Part shown: positions 26,317 through 39,600 of the stretch, in pieces
Layout of the letters: the number at the start of each line of letters is the position of its first letter
How positions within the stretch are numbered: position 1 is the first letter of the stretch
Translations under genes and position numbers: made by a program
The notes under the pieces: generated by a model
Databases searched by the model: none
Told to the model about the DNA's origin: nothing
The model's input: only the letters and a program-made list of their open reading frames with translations
From: Epiperipatus broadwayi
Lineage: Eukaryota; Animalia; Onychophora
DNA length: 64,000 nucleotides
NCBI GenBank assembly: GCA_028023455.1
Contig: JAQFVV010000003.1
Coordinates: 7,130,001 to 7,194,000 of the forward strand
Reading direction: 5' to 3'

Positions 26317-27023
26317 AACTATCATATAACCCCAGTTCTTAATACAAAATAAATCTGGCTATTATTCTATACCAGAACTATTTATTACAAGTGAGATTAA
26401 TAAATAGATATTAGATGGTAGCATTAATCAAATCCCAGTTTGGGATTATGAGTGATGTATATCTTTCTTCCAGAATTAAAAACTATTTTAGTAAATTTAT
26501 TATATATTAGCAGCTGGTGAGAAATATTTGATCTTTTTTTGAGTGATTCATTAACTACTATTCATTAATCATTTTATCTTAGAGCAGATCACTCTGGGAT
26601 ATCATAATAGATAGATAATTGCCTTACAGAGATGTTAAATGTAATGATTTGTTTGGTATAATTCGTCTTTACGAAAAAGTCAATAATACCTATAATTATC
26701 ATATAAATGAGGTCATCAAAAGATATGATTGCTGAGCTATTTTGTTCGCATTCAAAATCTGAGGATGATTAAATTGTAGATGATTATCTTCCAATGTATA
26801 AAGTAAGTAAAAGCAGATGATAATGTGTGGAAAAAATGTATCACTTTGCAATGATAAAGCCAAAGACTAGAAAATAGCTGAATATTTAGTTGGTACTACT
26901 GATTTTTCAAGCTTTTTAACTATCATATAACCCCAGATCTTAATACAAAATAAACCTGTCTATTATTCTACACCAGAACTATTTATTACAAGTGACTTTA
27001 ATAAATAGATTAGATGGTAGCAT
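26317..27023. repeat. Direct repeat pair of about 106 bp (26317-26424 and 26918-27023)
   Basis: AACTATCATATAACCCCAG...TAGATGGTAGCAT, about 90% identical, 601 bp apart. Confidence 0.85.
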
Positions 27024-27239
27024 GATAAATAAAAACATTTAATATAAAAAGAAATTGTATCTCTATTATTTTTAATTTTTTAGTATTGGCACAGTAAATA
27101 AAAATGTAAAACAATATTGTACTTTAAATTGATTTGATACTTATAGTTGATATATATATATCACTAGATGTTACACTATAAGTTAAAATGTATATGCCTT
27201 ATATATAAATCATATTTAGTATATGTACATAATAATATA

Positions 27240-28074
27240 CACCTGGGTCTCATTTTATGCAGATTATTTTAATGCGATTTTGAAGTTATGTGATTCATGT
27301 TTCTTAATATCTTTCATATTGCACTATATTTATTAGATATCAAGAAATTTAAATTAATAACTTATTTTGACTTGAAATACTTTTTTTTTTTTCAAAAATA
27401 TAACGTTATATTAGCAGCTAACCTGAATATGGCCTGAAGCTCATAATAATAATAGATTTATATTTACATATAAAAATATCGCAATAAATATTCAAAAATT
27501 TTAAACTTTTAAAACGTATTTTGTTAATTTTAACAGAAATAAATATTTTTTTAGATTTTTAAAATAAATAATAACGAAGATTGTATTGATTTTATAAACT
27601 GAAAATAATCTTTCTAATGATAATCTATAATCTTTTTGTTTTGATTACCATCTCATTTTTTTAATATAGAAACAAAAAACCATTAACACAGCTCAAGACT
27701 GAATGTGGCGCTAGTTGTATGTCACATGACAAATCTGATTTCTTAACAGTTCACAAATGAATGCATGTTGTCAAATAGCCAAATAACTGCTAATGATTAA
27801 AATATGTATGAAAAAATGAAAAATTAAATACTGTAGTTAATAAAAAAAGTTTGTCTTGTATTATTTTTTTTCAAACATTTGAAATTTTTTATTAGTCATA
27901 CTTTATTTCCTTATTTTTTTAATGCAAATTTTAAAGTAATTTTTCCTTCTTGCTTTGCTTTTATGCGATTTCTGAAAATTACAACCCCTATCCCCATTTT
28001 TCAAGGTAAGTTAAATCTATTTTTGTGCAATTTCTTTTGTGTGCATTTTCTGAGGAACCTATGAGACCCAAGTG
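27240..28074. mobile_element. TA-flanked MITE (Tc1/mariner-superfamily type), 835 bp
   Basis: 14-bp TIRs CACCTGGGTCTCAT / CACTTGGGTCTCAT(rc); TA at 27238-27239 and 28075-28076. Confidence 0.75.
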
Positions 28075-28264
28075 TATGTGTATATAAATAATTAAAAATA
28101 TAAAATATTCTTTTAAAAGAGTTTAACATTTTTGCTCTTGATTGGAGATTTATATTTTTTAACAAAAAAAAATGCTTACCAAAACTATATTGTAAATGAA
28201 CTTCACTTAATACATATAATTTTACTTTAAATCAATTTCAGCACTTTTAGTGTATATATACCAA

Positions 28265-28580
28265 TAGATATTTCTGCAGAGTTGGAGTGTGGAGTAGATT
28301 GAAGCCTGTCCATTAAAGTATGAAGATTTGCTATCTTAATATATATTTGAGCACTTACAGCATATATGTGTAAGGTGGTAATCTGGACCAACTGATGATT
28401 GCTGGTTTAGCATGAAATATGTATATTGGTGATTATTTATCTTTTCAACATATATGTGTTCAAGTGTATCAATGTTATGAGATAGAGTGGAGAGTGGGTG
28501 GTGGTGTGAAAGTCTGTGCTCATATATCCTGTATATTACATATATAGACACAGGTATATAATAATCCTGTGTTTCAGTTA
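28265..28580 (+). mobile_element. Repeat family B copy 2
   Basis: Aligns with 24530-24790(rc), 61360-61715 and 62986-63864. Confidence 0.85.
28387..28430 (+). ncRNA. Type I hammerhead ribozyme motif (family B), core intact
   Basis: ACCAA CTGATGA TTGCT GGTTT AGCAT GAAAT ATGT ATA TTGGT; stems I, II and III form; AUA cleavage triplet. Confidence 0.8.
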
Positions 28581-30087
28581 TTATATAAATATCATATTTA
28601 GTATATGTACTTTATATTATTAAAAACCAATCAACATGTCGACAATCCCAATATCAACAATCAATCAACAAATTCAAACTGTTGTCAAGACAATATCCAC
28701 TTATCAATAAAGGTGTGTAATAAATCAGTAACTAACTTTTCTGCTTAAAATTGGTTGACATTTTTTCTTTTTTCTTAAAAAAAAAATTTTTAAAAAAAAA
28801 AAGCTTATCAAAACTATATTATAAACAAACATTCTTATTATTTAAATGAAACTTACAATTATAACTAATAAAATTGCAAGAGTTACTTAAAACACTGAAG
28901 CCCCTCCCCCATTCATATCTAAAATTCTAAGTCATCTATTTAAAATATTAATGTGTCCTATCACTTTCATAGAGATTTTTTAAATTTACAAAATTTCAAC
29001 AAAGTATATTTAAGTTTATTAAATCTCAATTTTAAAAAGTTATTAAATTGAAAGAAAAAAATCTCTATACCACTCTCTCATGAGTCTTACTTAAAACAAA
29101 TGAAAGTTCTAAAAAGAATTTTTAAATTTGAAATTACAAAATAGTCAATATTTTCCCATCCTCTGTTACATATCTAAAAAACTAGGTGACCTACCAAAAG
29201 ATTAGTGTCTTGTATAAATTAGCCTGGTATTAGTTAGTTACATGTCAAATTTCAAGCAATTCTATTGAATTTAAATCAAAATTTTTTTTTAATTTAAAAA
29301 ATATCAGAAGTTTACAAACAAACACACCAATAAACAAACAAACTGATTTTCCAATTTCAATAAAAGCATTTAAAAAATAAAAATTTTGAATTGTTTTTTC
29401 CATATTCTTATTTTTCTTTTAACATTTTATAGTTTTAATATGCTCCCCTCCCTCCAATTTCTGTATATCTGTTTTTATTTTAAGGAAAATATTTTTATTT
29501 TTGGTAAAACAGTATAGAAATATTAGAGTTTTAAAAAAACATTTATTTCAATTAAAAAGTAAAATTAAAGATAAAAATGTATTTAGTCAAATGATCAAAT
29601 AAATAATGAAAACAGTATAAAATACAAGTTTTTTTTAATTAATGACATTTTATATCCACTGACAAACTCATTTCTAATGAAAGTAAGATGATTACTTTGA
29701 AATTGAATAACAAATCTTAGTATGCCCTTAAAATTTGGCACACTTAAATGTTTACAAATTGTGCTATGTGGTGATTCTAAATATGTTAGTTTAATGTTAT
29801 GAACTTCAATCTGTAAATATATAACTCTTTTTCATATAACATTATCTGGAGTTTTTTTAGAATTATAATGGAATATATTTTACATTGTTACAATTTGATT
29901 AAGTCTTAAACTTTCTGTAATCATAACTTTGATATCAATCACTTTCACTTTATATAAATATATAAACTAAAGACTATCTCTAGACCAGAAATGAACTTTA
30001 AAGCTGAATTAAAGATTAACATACCTGTGTTTATATTCTAACTATAAATTACCAGAGGAAAGTAATTTTACAAACCCCACAATATAT

Positions 30088-31965
30088 TGTAATGTGCACA
30101 TACGCCGTTACATTATTTTTTAAAAAATTGAGACATTGAAAAGTTCGCATTTAAAAACTTCTTTTTTTTTAAAACATAAAAAGTGAAAATTAATTCTATC
30201 TTAAACTCATATATATATATATAAAATCGCACAGATGAAAAAAAATTATTAAAATAAAACTTGATTAAAAAAAGAAAAAGTATTTTAAAAGCAAAAACTT
30301 AAAAAGATTTAGAGATAAAAATATATCTTTAAGTTTGCAAAATAATTTAATTAATTCTATTGTACAAAATGGAAATTATTAATTGTAATTAATAAAAGTA
30401 AACTAGCCCTTGGGCATTTCAAAATGCAAAACAAAGGTCAGATAGGAGAGGAAAAACAATAGAAACAGAATGGCCAATGAAAGAAATCCATCGGGGAATT
30501 GGACCTCAGCGAAAAGGCCATCAATGATGTAATGCCCATTGGATCCAAAAGTTTACATATAAAAGAAAAAGTTTGGAAATAAATTTTTAGTGAGTGAAGA
30601 AAATTTAAAAGCAGATGGAGATGTGTGATAGCAGTGGTGATATGTGTTAGTGCAGAATTAAAGGAGAAGGGATTGAAAAAATGCACTCTTCAATCCCTTC
30701 AGTTTTGCTTAAAAAAAGGAGAGAGAAATGACAAATCATTTTCTACATTGAGGACCAGCTAAAGTTAAAAACCCCTGGATGAATAAATAAAATGGCCAAC
30801 AGAATACCAATCTCTTTAGGATGGTGTGGGAATACACGTTCAAATGTCAAGCAACGGATAAAGCTGAACTTTTTAAAACCATAAGAACTTTCTGAACATT
30901 TTTCAAAACAATAACTCTAAATTCTAAACCTTTCAGTATTTAATACAAATAGAATCCTATCTGACCAATGTAAATTAATATTAATAATGTTATTTGATGT
31001 ATTTTTTTAAAATCATTTCCATTTTTTTTGTTCTTTTAAGTTTTATGATTTTTGTTTTTCGTTAAACTAAACTTATGTCGGGTGTGAATGGCTGCATAGA
31101 TTCGCAAAGTTATGTTAGTTTAAGGGAAGTTAATCTTAGGTTATTTGTTTTGTAGTTAAATTGGGTCAAAGGATTGGATATATTGGTGTAATTAGTAGAT
31201 GTAGTATGAGGTTCGCTATGTGCAGAATTACAGTATATGCCACACTCCCGTTTTGCCTATGGAGGGGATAGTAAGACTGAAACGCAGTCCCTACCTATGG
31301 ATTTTTTTTTATTGTTCTACTTTCCAGACAGATGTCACATTCCTGTTCTGGGCAAGAAACAATTTCTTCTCTTAACCATGCTGATCAGATGCACATTCCT
31401 GACAGTATGATATTTGTGCTGACGTATTCGTGCTACATTGAATACATCGATATATCAGATGGATTGACGTTGGTTTGGCTGCTAACTTTTGACCTAAGGT
31501 TAAATCAGGGATAGAATATTTTCTTTTCAAATGCGATCTATGTAGTCTATTCATACTCGACACTTTAATAAAATATTCAACTCATCTGTGCGAACTTATA
31601 AAAGTTAAAACATAAATTAAATTCTAAAATCAAATTAAGTTATAAAGTAAAAGTTATGCTAAAAATAATTTTAAATCTTATATATGTGTAAATAAATGTT
31701 TGTGTGTTAATTATTGGCAGTGGCTTATTTTATTCTTTTTTTAAAAAAAAAAAATTATATTCTTAGATAAGAATTTATAAAATACAAATCTCTGCTGTTC
31801 CACTGAGCTAGTGGCATTGGGCTAACGTCGGTCAAAATAAATTAAAATAATTTTTTTTTAACTTACGTATCTGCCTACTATATAAATTTTTTAGGTTCAA
31901 ATGCCTAGTGGCGCCCTGTAGTGCAGAAACATAAGACAGTAACTTCATCTCCTGATCATTATAAT
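30088..31965. repeat. 1.9-kb duplicated unit, copy 1 (unclassified element or local duplication)
   Basis: Colinear and roughly 90% identical (by eye) with 32685-34586. Confidence 0.92.
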
Positions 31966-32684
31966 TGGACTCCCAACATGAGCCGATTTTAATAAACCAC
32001 GAGGACCCTGAGTAAATTTTTTTTTCAAAATGAAATATTTTTATCTATTTACATAAAGTCATATACTTTAAATCTTATAAAAGCACTGCCAGAAAGAAAT
32101 AGCACATATATTAAAAATGAGAAAGAAAAGATATTAATAACTTTAAAACTAATTTTTTTTAAAAAAAAAGTCAAAAGGTTGCAATTAATATGCTTCTTTT
32201 TTTTTTTTAATGTGTATAGGCGCACACAGCCATGTAAGTTTATGATTGTAAATGTGGTACCTTACGATGAGTACTTTTTGGGAATTTACTTCAATGTAAC
32301 TTTATGTAAGCATTTCAGTCAGTCATAAATAAATTGGTGGTATTTATAATTGTGTTGCAATTATACACGTATAAACCCATTGTTTCTTAAAACATATTTA
32401 CCTCAATGCAACCTTCTTAAATAAATAATTTATATAATTTGCTTGTTGTGCCGCTTTTTAAAAAATGAAATGTAGAGAAAATAGAACTCTTGGGGGGAGG
32501 AGGCGTAAACATAGATGGTTAATTGGAAAACGATAGTCAACATTTTTTTTTTGTATAGTTTTTTTGTAAAATTACTAACCGAATAATTTTGTAAATGTCT
32601 TCGTTAATCATGTACCGTAATTACTAATCCTAAGTAAACTTTTTTTTGTTTGTTTATTTTTTTTTTAAAGCAAGTTTACTGATA

Positions 32685-34586
32685 TGTAATGGGCACATAC
32701 GCTGTTACATTATTTTTTAAAAAATTGAGACATTGAAAAGTTCGCATTTAAAAACTTCTTTTTTTTTTAAGACATAAAAATTGAAAATTAATTCTATCTT
32801 TAACTCATATATATATAAAATCGCACAGATGAAAAAAAATTATTAAAATAAAACTTTATTAAAAAGAGAAAAAGTATTTTAAAAACAAAAACTTACAAAT
32901 ATTTAGAGATAAAAATATATCTTTAAGTTTGCAAAATAATTTAATTAATTCTATTGTATAAAATGGAAATGATTAATTGTAATTAGTAAAAGTAAACTAG
33001 CCCTTGGGCATTTCAAAATGCAAAGCAAAGGTCAGATAGGAGAGGAAAAACAATAGGAACATAATGGCCAATGAAATAAATCCATCGGGGAATTGGATCT
33101 CAGCAAAAAGACCATCACCATCGATGACGTAATGCCCATTGGATCCAAAAGTTTACATATAAAAGAAAAAGTTTGGAAATAAATTTTTAGTGAGTGAAGA
33201 AAATTTAAGAGAAGATGGAGATGTGTGATAGCAGTGGTGATATGTGTTAGTGCGGAGTTGAAGGAGAAGGGATTGAAAAGATGCACTCTTCAATCCCTTC
33301 AGTTTTGCTAAAAAAAAAAGGATAGAGAAATGACAATTCGTTTTCTACATTGAGAACCAGCTAAAGTAAAAAATTTCCAGATGAATAAATAAAATGACCA
33401 ACAGAATACCCATCTCTTTAGGACAGTGTGGGAATTCATGTTCAAATGGCAAGCAATGGATAAAGCTGAACTTTTTAAAACCGTAAAAACTTTATGAACA
33501 TTTTTCAAAACAATAACTCTAAATTCTAAACCTTTCAGTCTTTAATACAAATAGAATCCTATCTGACCAATGTAAATTAATATTAATAATGTTATTTGAT
33601 GTATTTTTTTTTTAAAAAAATCATTTCCATTTATTTTTTTGTTGTTCTTTTAAGTCTTATGATTTTTGTTTTTCGTTAAACTAAACTTAAGTTGGGCATG
33701 AATGGCTGCATAGATTCGCAAAGTTATGTTAGTTTAAGGGAGTGTAATCTTAGGTTAGGTGTTTCATAGTTAAATTGGATCAATGGATTGGATATATTGA
33801 TGTAATTAGTAGATGTAGTATGAGGTTCGCTATGTGCAGGATCGCAGTATATGCTGAACACTCCCATTTTGCCTATAGAAGGGGATAGTAAGACTGAAAC
33901 ACAGTCCCTTCCTATGGAGTTTTTTTAATTGTTCTTCTTGCTGGACAGATGTCACATTCCTGTTCTGGGCGAGAAACAATTTCTTCTCTTAACCATGCTG
34001 TTCAGATATACATTCCTGACAGTATGATATTTGTGCTGTCGTATTCATGCTACATTGAATACATCAATATATCAGATGGATTGATGTTGGTTTGGCTGCG
34101 AACTTTTGGCCTAAAGTTAAATCAGGGATAGAATATTTTCTTTTCAAATGTGATCTATGTAGTCTATTCATACTCATACATTAATAAAATATTCAACTTA
34201 TCTGTGCGAACTTATAAAAGTTAAAACATAAATTAAATTCTAAAATCAAGTTAAATTATAAAGTAAAAGTTATGCTAAAAATAATTTTAAATCTTATATA
34301 TGTGTAAATAAATGTTTGTGTGTTAATTACTGGCAGTGGCTTATTTTATTCTTTTTTTTAAAAAAAAAAAAAATATATATATTCTTAGATAAGAATTTAT
34401 AAAATACAAATCTCTGCTGTTCCACTGAGCTAGTGGCATTGGGCTAATGGTCGGTCAAAATAAATTAAAATATTTTTTTTAACTTACATATCTGCGTACT
34501 ATATAAATTTTCTAGGTTCAAATGCCTAGTGGTGCCCTGTAGTGCAGATACGTAAGACAGTAACTTCATCTCCCGATCGTTATAAT
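32685..34586. repeat. 1.9-kb duplicated unit, copy 2
   Basis: Colinear with 30088-31965; 719-bp unrelated spacer between the copies. Confidence 0.92.
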
Positions 34587-35021
34587 ATATATATTAAAAC
34601 ATTTACTTTTAAGTAAGATCATTAGATTGTTATAAATAATATGTTTATAAGAATTGTAGAAATAAAATTATATTCTTGTGGACTTTTATATATACAGTAC
34701 AGCCTTAAACATTTAGAACTGTATAATATATTAAATAATCACATCACTTACATTATAGTGAAATTCTAAAATAATATGGAAACATTCAGATACAAATTAC
34801 CAACATTGTTTATCATATATTAACTCTTAATTGTAAAATTGTATTATCGTGAAAATGATCTACTTGAGTCAGAAAATATAAAGGACTTATATATTCCAAC
34901 ACAACTGCATATTATTGCTTTGACAAGGTTTGAAAAAAGAATTATAAAAGGATTTCTACTATAGAATGATTTAAGATTACTTTTTTTAAAAGAATTCAAA
35001 GTTTTAAAAATTCCAAACATG

Positions 35022-35055
<34 letters not shown>

Positions 35056-38000
35056 TATGAATTTATATATTGGACTATTTCCATAATATTGTATGTCTTT
35101 AGAAAAATTTAATTTTATTTAAATATTCCAAATACATTCAACTGTTAAATGTATTTCAAATATTTAAATAAAGTTAATTTTTTCTAAGGACATTCAATAC
35201 TTATATTAGATGATGGAAATAGACCAATATATAAATACAACTAAAATACCATCATCATAAATCTTCAGGAAAACACAATATATCTGCTTATTTTTATTCA
35301 AATACAGGGTGTAGGATTTTCATAAATTATTCTAGAGGAATATTTTGAGTTAATTTTTTCAATGTACATTAATTATGCTAGATATTAATTGCTGCATTTT
35401 GTAAATAAAAAAGTTTTAATTGTTTTAACTAAAATAATAAGTGAAATATTTTTAATTAAGCACTCATTTTACCTGCAATAAATTTCTGACAAACCTGGAG
35501 TTTATCAATTAAAAACTATTTATAATGTTTAAAACATCTGATTTGGATATACTGTAATTATTTAAATTATTTCAAAAACTTGTGCTAAATATATTAGATT
35601 CTATTGAAATTAGTGAAAGCAGATTTGGTAATTTACGATAACATTATTATTTTTAGAGGACATTAAGTTTGAAATCAGCTATTGATTACATAAATAGGAT
35701 TTTTCCATAAGAATCTTCCAACTATTTAGTTTTCAGATTGCTGAAAAGAAACATTCATTATTGTGATGATGGAGTAAGTCTTCTATCATTTGACATAAAT
35801 TATACTTTTTTAAAAAAAAAGTCCTAGATTAACACTCATTTGAAATATTTTCTTTATTTTTCCTACTCAGTAAGATTGGATACTAATTATTCTAAGAAGG
35901 ATGGGTTGTTGCAACACCTAATATTTAAAAATATTTCTGAGCTTGCTTGAAGAAAGTTTAAATACTACAAAAAGTCACCAATCTTTGACTTTAGATTTGA
36001 ATCTAGATCACAGACAAATATAGTAGGTGAATTCATTAATCATTAGATCACAATGTTCTTTAAGGAACACATGTATGAACATGTTTTAATGTATTATTAT
36101 TATTTCACATGTTAAAATCTGTATGATTTTGAGATTAGTAGTTGGCTTAGAAGTCAGCCACAGATCAGTATTATAAGCCATAAGAATGGCTAATTATTTT
36201 AAACTAATGTTAAAAGTTGTTAAATGTGTAATACTGGCAATTTGATTGGTTGGGTTGTTAAAGGTTATCTGAATAACTATAATTTACATAAGCATATTTA
36301 GATTTCATACTTAGACAGTGCTCAACAAATCATAATGCCTATGCTAACTAGATTTTCTCATCTACTATCCATCTTCTCCAAAAAGTACTTAAAAGTTTCT
36401 TAAAGTAATATATAAATAGGCCTGCAAGAAATAAAGACAGGAAATAAGAGAAGATTGATAATGGATGGATTAGAATAATGAAATATAAAAGTAATAAGCA
36501 TAGAAGAAAATATGAATGAGGGAATCTGATGTATCATTATAAATCAAATACAGAACTCTAAGTATGTGCAAAACAAAGATAATTATTAGTAAAAGTACAA
36601 GCATAATGAAAGTTCTTTACTTAAGTCTTCACTGCCATTTATGTTTTAAGAATGAAAGAAAGTCAGATTCATTTTCTTTGTCATTATTTCATACATGGGA
36701 GGGGGGGTGCTTTACACATGACTATAACATATCATCTAAAGGAAAATCCAATTTTGATTAAAATAAGTGAAATTGCTTGACTATAACTTAGATAAAAATG
36801 GTTTTTTCTGACTTTTTAAAAACAAAAATATTATTTTATAAAAAAAAAAAACATGGAGAATTTATATGAATCAGACAGACGTTTTAGAAGGAATTGATAG
36901 CTATTTTTAGACTAAATATAGACACTGATTATAATATTTTTTTAAATATTAATTTGAACTATATTAAAATATTCAACAAATTATTTTAAATTTATTCTTT
37001 AAAATTACTTTTATTATATTAAAAGTTATCCAGTCTATAAAAATATGCATATATGAAGGCTATAAATATATGTTTGTGTGTGTGTCAATTGCCTAAGGCA
37101 ATTATTAATAAAAATTTACATTTTTAGATTATAATTTATTGATGTTACTAATATTTAAAAATGAATTATTATATAATTTAATATTTACTTTGTTATTATT
37201 TTATTTGAAATTTTAGCAAGAACTTACTAACAAAATTCCTATTTTAAACATTAAAATTAATTGTTAATGAATAAATTCAAAATTAATAACTTTAAAATGT
37301 TTAAATTTGTTAATTTTTAAATTTTATTATGTGACTATTATTATACTTTCTCAGTTTTATTGTTTTTTATGCAAGGTTAGCTTTATGAAACATTTAATTT
37401 TTAATATCGTATAACGTTATTGAAAAAATCAAGTGCATAAATAGTTAATATGGCATAGCCAACAAGTTAAATTTTACATGTATACTACAACATTTTTAGT
37501 TATGTTATGGTTCAGCACTCACAGTTAGTTATGTTTGCAAAATATTAGTATTTAACTATCTTATGTTTAAAATGATTACAATATTAATACTTAAAAAAAT
37601 GGACATAAAGTGTTTAATATTTAGATATATGCTATGTAGTAAGACTAAATTTAACAAATATAATTTAATTAATTTAAATAAATATATTAAATTCAAAAGT
37701 TAATTAGCTATAGAATTTTTAAAAGTCAAGCTTTATAAATCAAATTTAAAAAAATTGATTATGGTTATCTATATATGAATATCTTTAATACATAACAAAT
37801 GCAATGATTTACAAAAATAATAATAAACTAGAGACACCAGAAGAGTGAGCAGGATTTTTTTTGTTGTTGTTGTTAATTCCTTCTCACGGTTGACTACAAA
37901 TTTATGATCCTGAACCCTAAAGAAGTTACTCTTATCATGATTGGATTCAAAAGTTAGTTGCTTTTAGGATTACAATCATTACTAGATTAATTTTCCATAA

Positions 38001-38479
38001 ATTCTCAAGGTTGTCCTATGTAGTATAAGAGCCAGATATTTTTTATGAATAAAATAAGATGTTACTTAGAAAGGTTTATTAATCCAAATGCTTCTTGTTT
38101 AGAAAATATCTTTTAATTTAAAAAAAAAACAAAAACAATTGTTTATAATGAATATACTATGCATGAAATTGCTGTATAGACATATGTTTTATATATATTA
38201 TTCTTTATTTTTTAATAATTAATTATTACTGAGTGTGTTGCATGATTAATTACAATAAATATAGCGATATGAAAGGTGAAGAACAAGCATCTTGATTAAT
38301 AACTTGATCCAAGCAAAAAAATAATTGATATGCAATTTTTTTTTCAAGTTTAATATTAAACTGTGCAAAGCATATCAGTAAAATAACATTAAAAAAACAT
38401 ATTTCTAATAATAGTTATCAATTAATTTATTAATAGTTCTTGCTATCTTTATATCTAATTAATCATCATTACCCTTTCT

Positions 38480-38708
38480 CAGTAGTGACCTAAAATCAGT
38501 CAACTGAACATATGCCAGGGGTCTAGTGCCCCTCCCCCGCACAAAACTACCTTATTTTAATCAACTATATTAATATTTAGATAAGAATTGTATATATTTC
38601 TTTCTTGTATTAAAATTAAAGATTTTATTTATTAATTTACTTTTTTATTTACTGGGGATCCCACTCTATATTCATACCCGGGGCCTCAAAATCCAAAGAA
38701 TGGTATTG
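38480..38708. mobile_element. Small hAT-type MITE, 229 bp
   Basis: CAG...TTG ends, GC-rich subterminal GGGGCC/CCCGGGG motifs, 8-bp TSD CCCTTTCT/TCCTTTCT (7/8). Confidence 0.6.
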
Positions 38709-39399
38709 TCCTTTCTTTTACTTTTGTCTCTATTTTATTTTGCATCAGTCATTTAGATTAGTATGGGCCCAGTTATCTTGAGTTTCTCATGGCTACAATA
38801 ATTATTTCTCTGCACTAACTGTGATAATAAGATTGTATGTTTGTGCAACATTTCCATTCTTTAATTACATGCAGAATTATTCTAACTCCAATCTGTTGTG
38901 AGTTTCTGATTTTTTTTTACTTTTTTTTTTTCTGAAGTTAGAATGACCATACTAGTTTAATGAATGGCTGCCAATAATATGTACAGATATAATGGTGATT
39001 TTACAAGTCAATCATATTATATAAAAATTCATATCAAAAATTATTGCAAAGTACCTGGAATTTGCATTGTCACTAAAAATTATTTCTTTTTGATATTGAT
39101 AACTATTGTTTTATGATTTAACAAGAAGGAGTGCAATATTTTATTACACCTAATATTGATTTAGTTCCAGGGGTGTTCAATGTGAGATTTAGACTCTACT
39201 TTTTCAATACTAATTGCCTTTTTTTTCATTCAATGTAAGAAGAAAAAAGAGATATCCAGAAAGTAGAACTTCTATAGCTGATTTTGAACTACCCCCCCCC
39301 TGCTTAAAAAAAGATGAAATTTTTATATCTTTAATAACCTTTTTAGACTTATTTATTTTTTGAAAAATAATATATAAAAGACTGTCTTTTATTTCACAT

Positions 39400-39600
39400 A
39401 TGGACACTAATATAACGTATATAAAAGACATATTTTGTGAGTTCATCCGTGTTAAAAAATTTAAATATTAATATACCTACGTTTCGACTTGATTACACAA
39501 GTCATCCACTGGGTGATAAAAGATAGAAAGTCGGTTGTAGAGGCGCTACAATCACTGATTTGAAAAAAACGTTAAAGTTCCACCAATATCGCAAAATGTC
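39400..39600 (-). mobile_element. Penelope-like terminal fragment with a mutated minimal hammerhead
   Basis: Minus strand ACC CAGTGGA T GACTTG TGTAAT CAAGTC GAAAC GTA GGT; perfect 6-bp stem II and ACGT palindromic stem III. Confidence 0.65.

Noticed and set aside
35303-35920. Tc1-like MITE starting TACAGGGTGT
   Set aside because: No convincing matching right TIR.
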